Source: the human T2T-CHM13v2.0 reference genome, Homo sapiens. Taken from it: DNA of 64,000 nt. How positions within the stretch are numbered: the stretch's first letter is position 1; the number at the start of each line of letters is the position of its first letter. Both the position numbers and the translations under genes were made by a program. Under the pieces are notes generated by a model. The model ran no database searches. It was not told the origin of the DNA and saw nothing but the letters and a program-made list of their open reading frames with translations. Location: the NCBI RefSeq assembly GCF_009914755.1, contig NC_060945.1. One strand, written 5' to 3'. Positions 59,572 through 64,000 of this stretch are shown in pieces.

Positions 59572-61680
59572 TTGGCTCTGAATGGAGAGACCTCAAACTT
59601 CTGTATGGATTATCAAGGTCGAGTGATCAATGGAGTTTTAACTCAGGTCCATCTTCCACTGGGTTGAGTAGGCCTCTTAATCCATCCTGTGGTTATTCCC
59701 CGAGTTCCAGAATTCACTGGAATGGATTCTGCCAGCTGGCAGCTGACAGAATCCTCACAATGCCTCCCTGAACATGTTGAGTGAGAACTATTATGGTAGG
59801 AAAGGCTGAGAGCCATTAGAATGTTCTCTACCTAGAAAAATAATAAATCAAAGGCAATACTGCTTTCCTGGAGGGATTGCAGAGATTAGTGCCACCATGA
59901 AGGACTTGAAAGATGCAGGGGTAGTGATTCCCACTATATCTCCATTCAACTTTCCTATTTGGCCTGTGCAGAAGACAGATCATAGAGAATGACAGTGGAT
60001 TATGATACACTTAACCAGATAGCGGCCATTTACCCAAGTGACCTAAAAAGTTGCTAGCTTTGAGTGGGACCTAGAAAAAGAAAACACTGCACTAGATCCC
60101 AGCTGCTGTGCCTGCTGCTCTGCTACTCAGGCCATATGATCCAGCAGATCCAATGGCATTTGAAGTGTCAGTGGCAGATGGGGATGCTGTTTGGAGTTTT
60201 TGGCAGGCCCTTGTAGGCAAATTACAGCACAGGGCTTTAAAATTTTGGAGCAAGGCCCTGCCATTATCTGAAGGTAATTACTCTCCTTTTGAGAGACAGC
60301 TCTTGGCCTGCTACTGGGTCTTAATAGAGACTGACCATGTAACCACAGGCCACCAAGTTATCATGAAACCAGAGCTGCCCATCATGGTTTGGATATTGTC
60401 TGACCCATCAAGCCATAGAATTGGGCATGTAAAGAAACACTCCATGATCAAATGAAGTGGTATATATGATTGGTCCCAAGTGGGCCCTGAAAACACAAGT
60501 AAGTTACATGAAAAAGTGACCCAAATGCCTGTGGTTCCACCCCTGTTATGCCTTTTCTCCTTCTCCCAGCTTCATGGGAGTTTCCCTATGGCTACATGTA
60601 GGGAATCAGTTGAGAGGGGAAGAGAGAACCCAGTCCTGGTTTACAGATGGTTCTGCACAATATCCAGGCACCACCTGAAAGCGGATGGCTGCAGCTCTAC
60701 AGCCCCTCTCTGGGCCACCCCTGAAGGACAGTGGTGAAGGGAAATCCTCCCATTGGGCAGAAATCTGAGCCACACTTCTGATGGTTCACTTTACTTGGAA
60801 GGCGAAATGGCCAGACATGCAATTATATACTGATTCATAGGCTGGGGTCATCCTGACTGGGTGGTCAGGAGCTTGGAAATTCACTCTTCCTACCATGTTC
60901 TCCACCATCCTGAAGCAGCTAACTCGATAGAACAGTGGAATGGCCTTTTGTAGATGCAGTTATCATGTCAGCTAGGTGGTAATACCTTGCAGAGTTAGGG
61001 CAAGGTTCTCCAGAAGGCTCTCTATGCTTTGTATCAGCATCTAATACATGGTACTACTTCTCTGATAGCCAGGATTCTTGGGTCCAAGGAAATTGGAGTG
61101 ACTCACTATTACCCACTAGCAAAATTTTGCTTCTTATTCTTATGACTTTATGCTCTGCTGGGCTAGAGGTCTTATTTCTGGAGGAAGGAATGCTTCCACC
61201 AAGAGACACAGCGATGATTCCATTGAATAGAAAGTTAAGACTGCCACCTAGCCACTTTGGGCTCCTCATGCCTCAAAAACCACAGGCAAGGAAGTTGTGT
61301 TATTGGCTGGGTGATTGGTCCTGATTACCAAGGGGAAATTGTACTATAGCTCCACAGTGAAGGTAAGGAAGAGTATGACTGGATTATAGGAGATACCTTC
61401 TGGTATCTCTTAGTATTACTATGTCCTGTGATTAAGGTCAATGGAAAATGACAACAGTCCAATCCAGGCTGGGCTAGTAATGGCCCAGACCTTTGGGGAA
61501 TGAATGTTTGGGTCACCCCACTGGGTAAAGAACCATAACCAGCTGAGGTGCTTGCTGAAGGCAAAGGGAAAACAGAATGGGTAATGGAAGAAAGTGATTA
61601 TTAATACCAGCTACAACAATTAAGTAGTTACAGAAATGGACTTAACGGTCACAAATATTTCCTCCTCATTCTGCTATGAA

Positions 61681-61717
61681 TGTGTGTGTGTGTACGTGTG
61701 TGTGTGCATGTGTGTGT
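61681..61717. repeat. Imperfect (TG)n
   Basis: Direct read. Confidence 0.85.
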
Positions 61718-62020
61718 ATCTTTGTTTTCTTTCCTCTCCTGTTCCCTTACCATGCAACATAAGATCCACTGATTTTTGTCATAGTATGTAAGTATTAATT
61801 TCACACCACAGTGTTTAAATTAGGGGTATCAAGGGAAAGAGTAAATATCACTCAAGGACTTTACTTCCTCTTCTGGGGAAGGGGTCAGTGTATTTTTGGT
61901 TGTATGCAGGATGATTGTATCATATTAGATGGAATTATGACCTCATTATTACCTTTATTTGGAGATTAAGTATGGTTTAAGGAGATGTGTATGGGTGCCC
62001 AAGTTGACAAGGGTTGGAGT

Positions 62021-62472
62021 TGTGGTGGAAAACTTTATGTGTAAATTTGACAGGCCTCAGGATACCCAGATTAAGAATCATTTCTTTGTGTGTCTGTGAG
62101 GGTGTTTTCAGATAAGAGCAGCATTTGAATTGATGGACTCCATAAAGTAGATGGCACTCCCCAATGTGGGTGGGCACCATCTCATCTGCTGAGGGCCTCA
62201 ATAGAGCAAAAGGAAGGGGAAGGAGGAATTCGGTCTCTTTTGCTTCCTGCCTGTCTGCTTTAGTGTGGATAACACATCTCATCTTTTTTGACCCTTGAAC
62301 TGGGATTTATACCATCAGCTCTCCTGGTTCTCAGGATTTTGGATTCAAACTGAATCACACCATAGGCTTTCCCAGATCTCCAACCTGCTGACAGTAGATG
62401 CTGGTACTTGTCAGCCTCCAGAATCACATAAGCCAGTTCTTGTATCCTGCTGGTTCTGTTTCTGTGGAGAAC
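62021..62472 (+). mobile_element. MLT2 3' LTR of the ERV-L provirus
   Basis: Colinear with the 54827 LTR (ttttgcttcctgcctg, actgggattta.acc.tcagctc, ggttctgtttctgtggagaac). Confidence 0.9.
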
Positions 62473-62498
62473 AGGAGTTCAGCATTAGCATTCCCAAA

Positions 62499-62675
62499 TA
62501 GAAAGGACATGGGCCTCGGAGTCAGCTAGGTCTAAATTCAAAATGTGATTCCACAGTTTACAAGCCTGTAGCCTTTTATCTGTGACCTGTGACTTGGCCT
62601 ATCTGAGACTATAAAATAAGGACAATAATGTTTCCTTTGGGGGTGAGGTGAGAATTAAAGACAACGTAGGTAAAG
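62499..62675 (+). mobile_element. MIR
   Basis: catgggcctcggagtcag...gtgacc...ctataaaataaggacaataat...gtgagaattaaa. Confidence 0.7.
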
Positions 62676-63149
62676 AAGAGTCAGTGAGCAAAGGGTGAGA
62701 GGCTAGTGGTGGGGAAGAGAGGACTATGGCTTGACCCTTAGGCAGCAGATAGCTCCCTGAGTTGAGGGAACGTGATCAGCTGAGAGGTCCCAGGAGCATA
62801 ACCAGCTGGCTATGAGAAGAGAGATTAAAAGGGCAGATTACATCAAGAGAGACCAGTTAGGAGCCACACAACAAGCCACACCTGAGGCAGTTTGGGCCAA
62901 CCAAGATGGCGGCAATGAGTGAGGTAGGAGAGGAAGGCTTGGGGAGACACTTCAAACTGTTACACTTCAAACTGTTTCTTTACCAATGAATGCTGAGATT
63001 ATAGTAGACCTCAGGCCTCTAGTGGATCATTTAGCAGATAACAGCTGTTCACACAGCAGAGGCAGTTCATAGTTCCTAATTGTCCTATCATCTTCCATTC
63101 TCTCCCAGGTTGAATCTGTTCTTCAGAAAACCTGGAATGAACTTTCCAA

Positions 63150-63905
63150 ATCATCTTATTGTAATGCTTCCCTGTGTTCGTCTTTCTTGGGCTCCCCACT
63201 GTGGGGATTTTATCCCCACAGGATAAAATCGTACTGCTTTAGCATGGCCTAGATGAGGCCCTTCCTGACCTGGCCCTTGAGCTTCCTTACTGAAATGCTC
63301 ACTCACAAATATCCTTCACCTGAATCCTATGGCCACACAGAACTATTTGTTCTGACACTTCGATACCTTCATGCCTCTGCACATGCTTTTTCTCCTCTGC
63401 TTGGAATGTCCTACCCCGTTTTCTTCTTTGAAAACCTCTTTGTCCTCAACTAAAATCTCATCTACTGTGAGACACCTTTTCCATTGCTTTCAGAGAAATT
63501 AAAATACTTCTGTTGGGCCACATGGTACTCCCTGTGTACTTCTATTTAAGCTCCCATCACAGAGTTTTGTAAAGATTTGGGTAAAGTATTGCTTTCTCCT
63601 AGGAGTCAATGCCTACTAGGTATTCAGTAGTTAGTGCAAGTGTTGTTTCTTCATGTCCGCAAGTCTAGATTCCATCCTTTGCTATGCTCTTTCATAGACC
63701 TGAATCTTTCTCTCAAAACCTGCATGTTCATGAGAGAGATTATCCAACCAATGCTCCTTTTCCTCCTAGGCTGCAAGCATCAGGACAGCAGAGACCAAAT
63801 TCATCATTGAATCCTCAACATCTAGCACAATATGCCTGGCATAAGGTAGGAGCCCAATAAATATTCTTTAAATATATGGATGAATGAATGAATGAGCGAA
63901 TGGTT
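63150..63905 (+). mobile_element. L2 fragments including the 3' end
   Basis: caggataaaatc..ttagcatggc...gcacatgct..ttggaatgtcct...gcctggcataaggtagg..caataaatatt..(tgaa)n. Confidence 0.7.
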
Positions 63906-64000
63906 GAAGAGCACCTCCTTTGGATACTGTGAAGATCAACAAATCCCTTCTTCTGGAACTACTTTCTTCATTAGATAGAGTTCTTCTGGTTGCAATTTTA

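Larger units (their letters stand above)
55339..62020 (+). mobile_element. ERV-L internal region (degenerate gag-pro-pol-dUTPase), interrupted by THE1
   Basis: gag KVRALIKKEWDPVNWD..EDLDEAGDTE (ORF 55664); protease LLDTG|SE; RT KDLKDAGVVIPTISPFNFPIWPVQKTD; PYDPADPM..NYSPFERQLLACYW (ORF 60108); integrase HHPEAA..IEQWNGL; dUTPase GMLPPRDTAMIPLNRKLRLPPSHFGLLMP (ORF 61127); PPT before 62021. Confidence 0.93.

Noticed and set aside
62947-62976. 15-bp tandem duplication acacttcaaactgtt x2 (similar ones at 121-156, 18986-19020 and 31558-31595)
   Set aside because: Commonplace short tandem duplications

Overview
Primate (very likely human; it carries AluY/AluS/AluJ) genomic DNA that reads as intergenic or intronic. 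I recognise no protein-coding gene: every ORF in the track is repeat-derived (Alu, L1, L2, MaLR, ERV-L) or short and unrecognisable. Much of the window is interspersed repeats: about 16 Alus, L1PA/MB/MC/MD/ME pieces, L2/MIR, MaLR LTRs (MLT1, MST, THE1), and Tigger3a/MER5/MER63 DNA transposons. At 54.8-62.5 kb a two-LTR MLT2/ERV-L provirus carries a full-length THE1 provirus inserted at its protease DTG motif. The most unusual signals are (i) three short copies of nearby DNA, at 10.6, 33.8 and 43.2 kb, that look like templated insertions; two show template switches (an inversion at 10.6 kb, 2-nt microhomology junctions at 43.2 kb); (ii) a probable very old Gypsy/PNMA-like gag remnant at 0.7-1.9 kb; (iii) a 30-nt U2 snRNA retro-fragment; (iv) a tailless Alu with a target-site duplication (TSD); and (v) a speculative + strand exon chain. 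I found no convincing new biological system. Subfamily names are recalled from consensus sequences, not from a database search, and boundaries are approximate unless a TSD is quoted.
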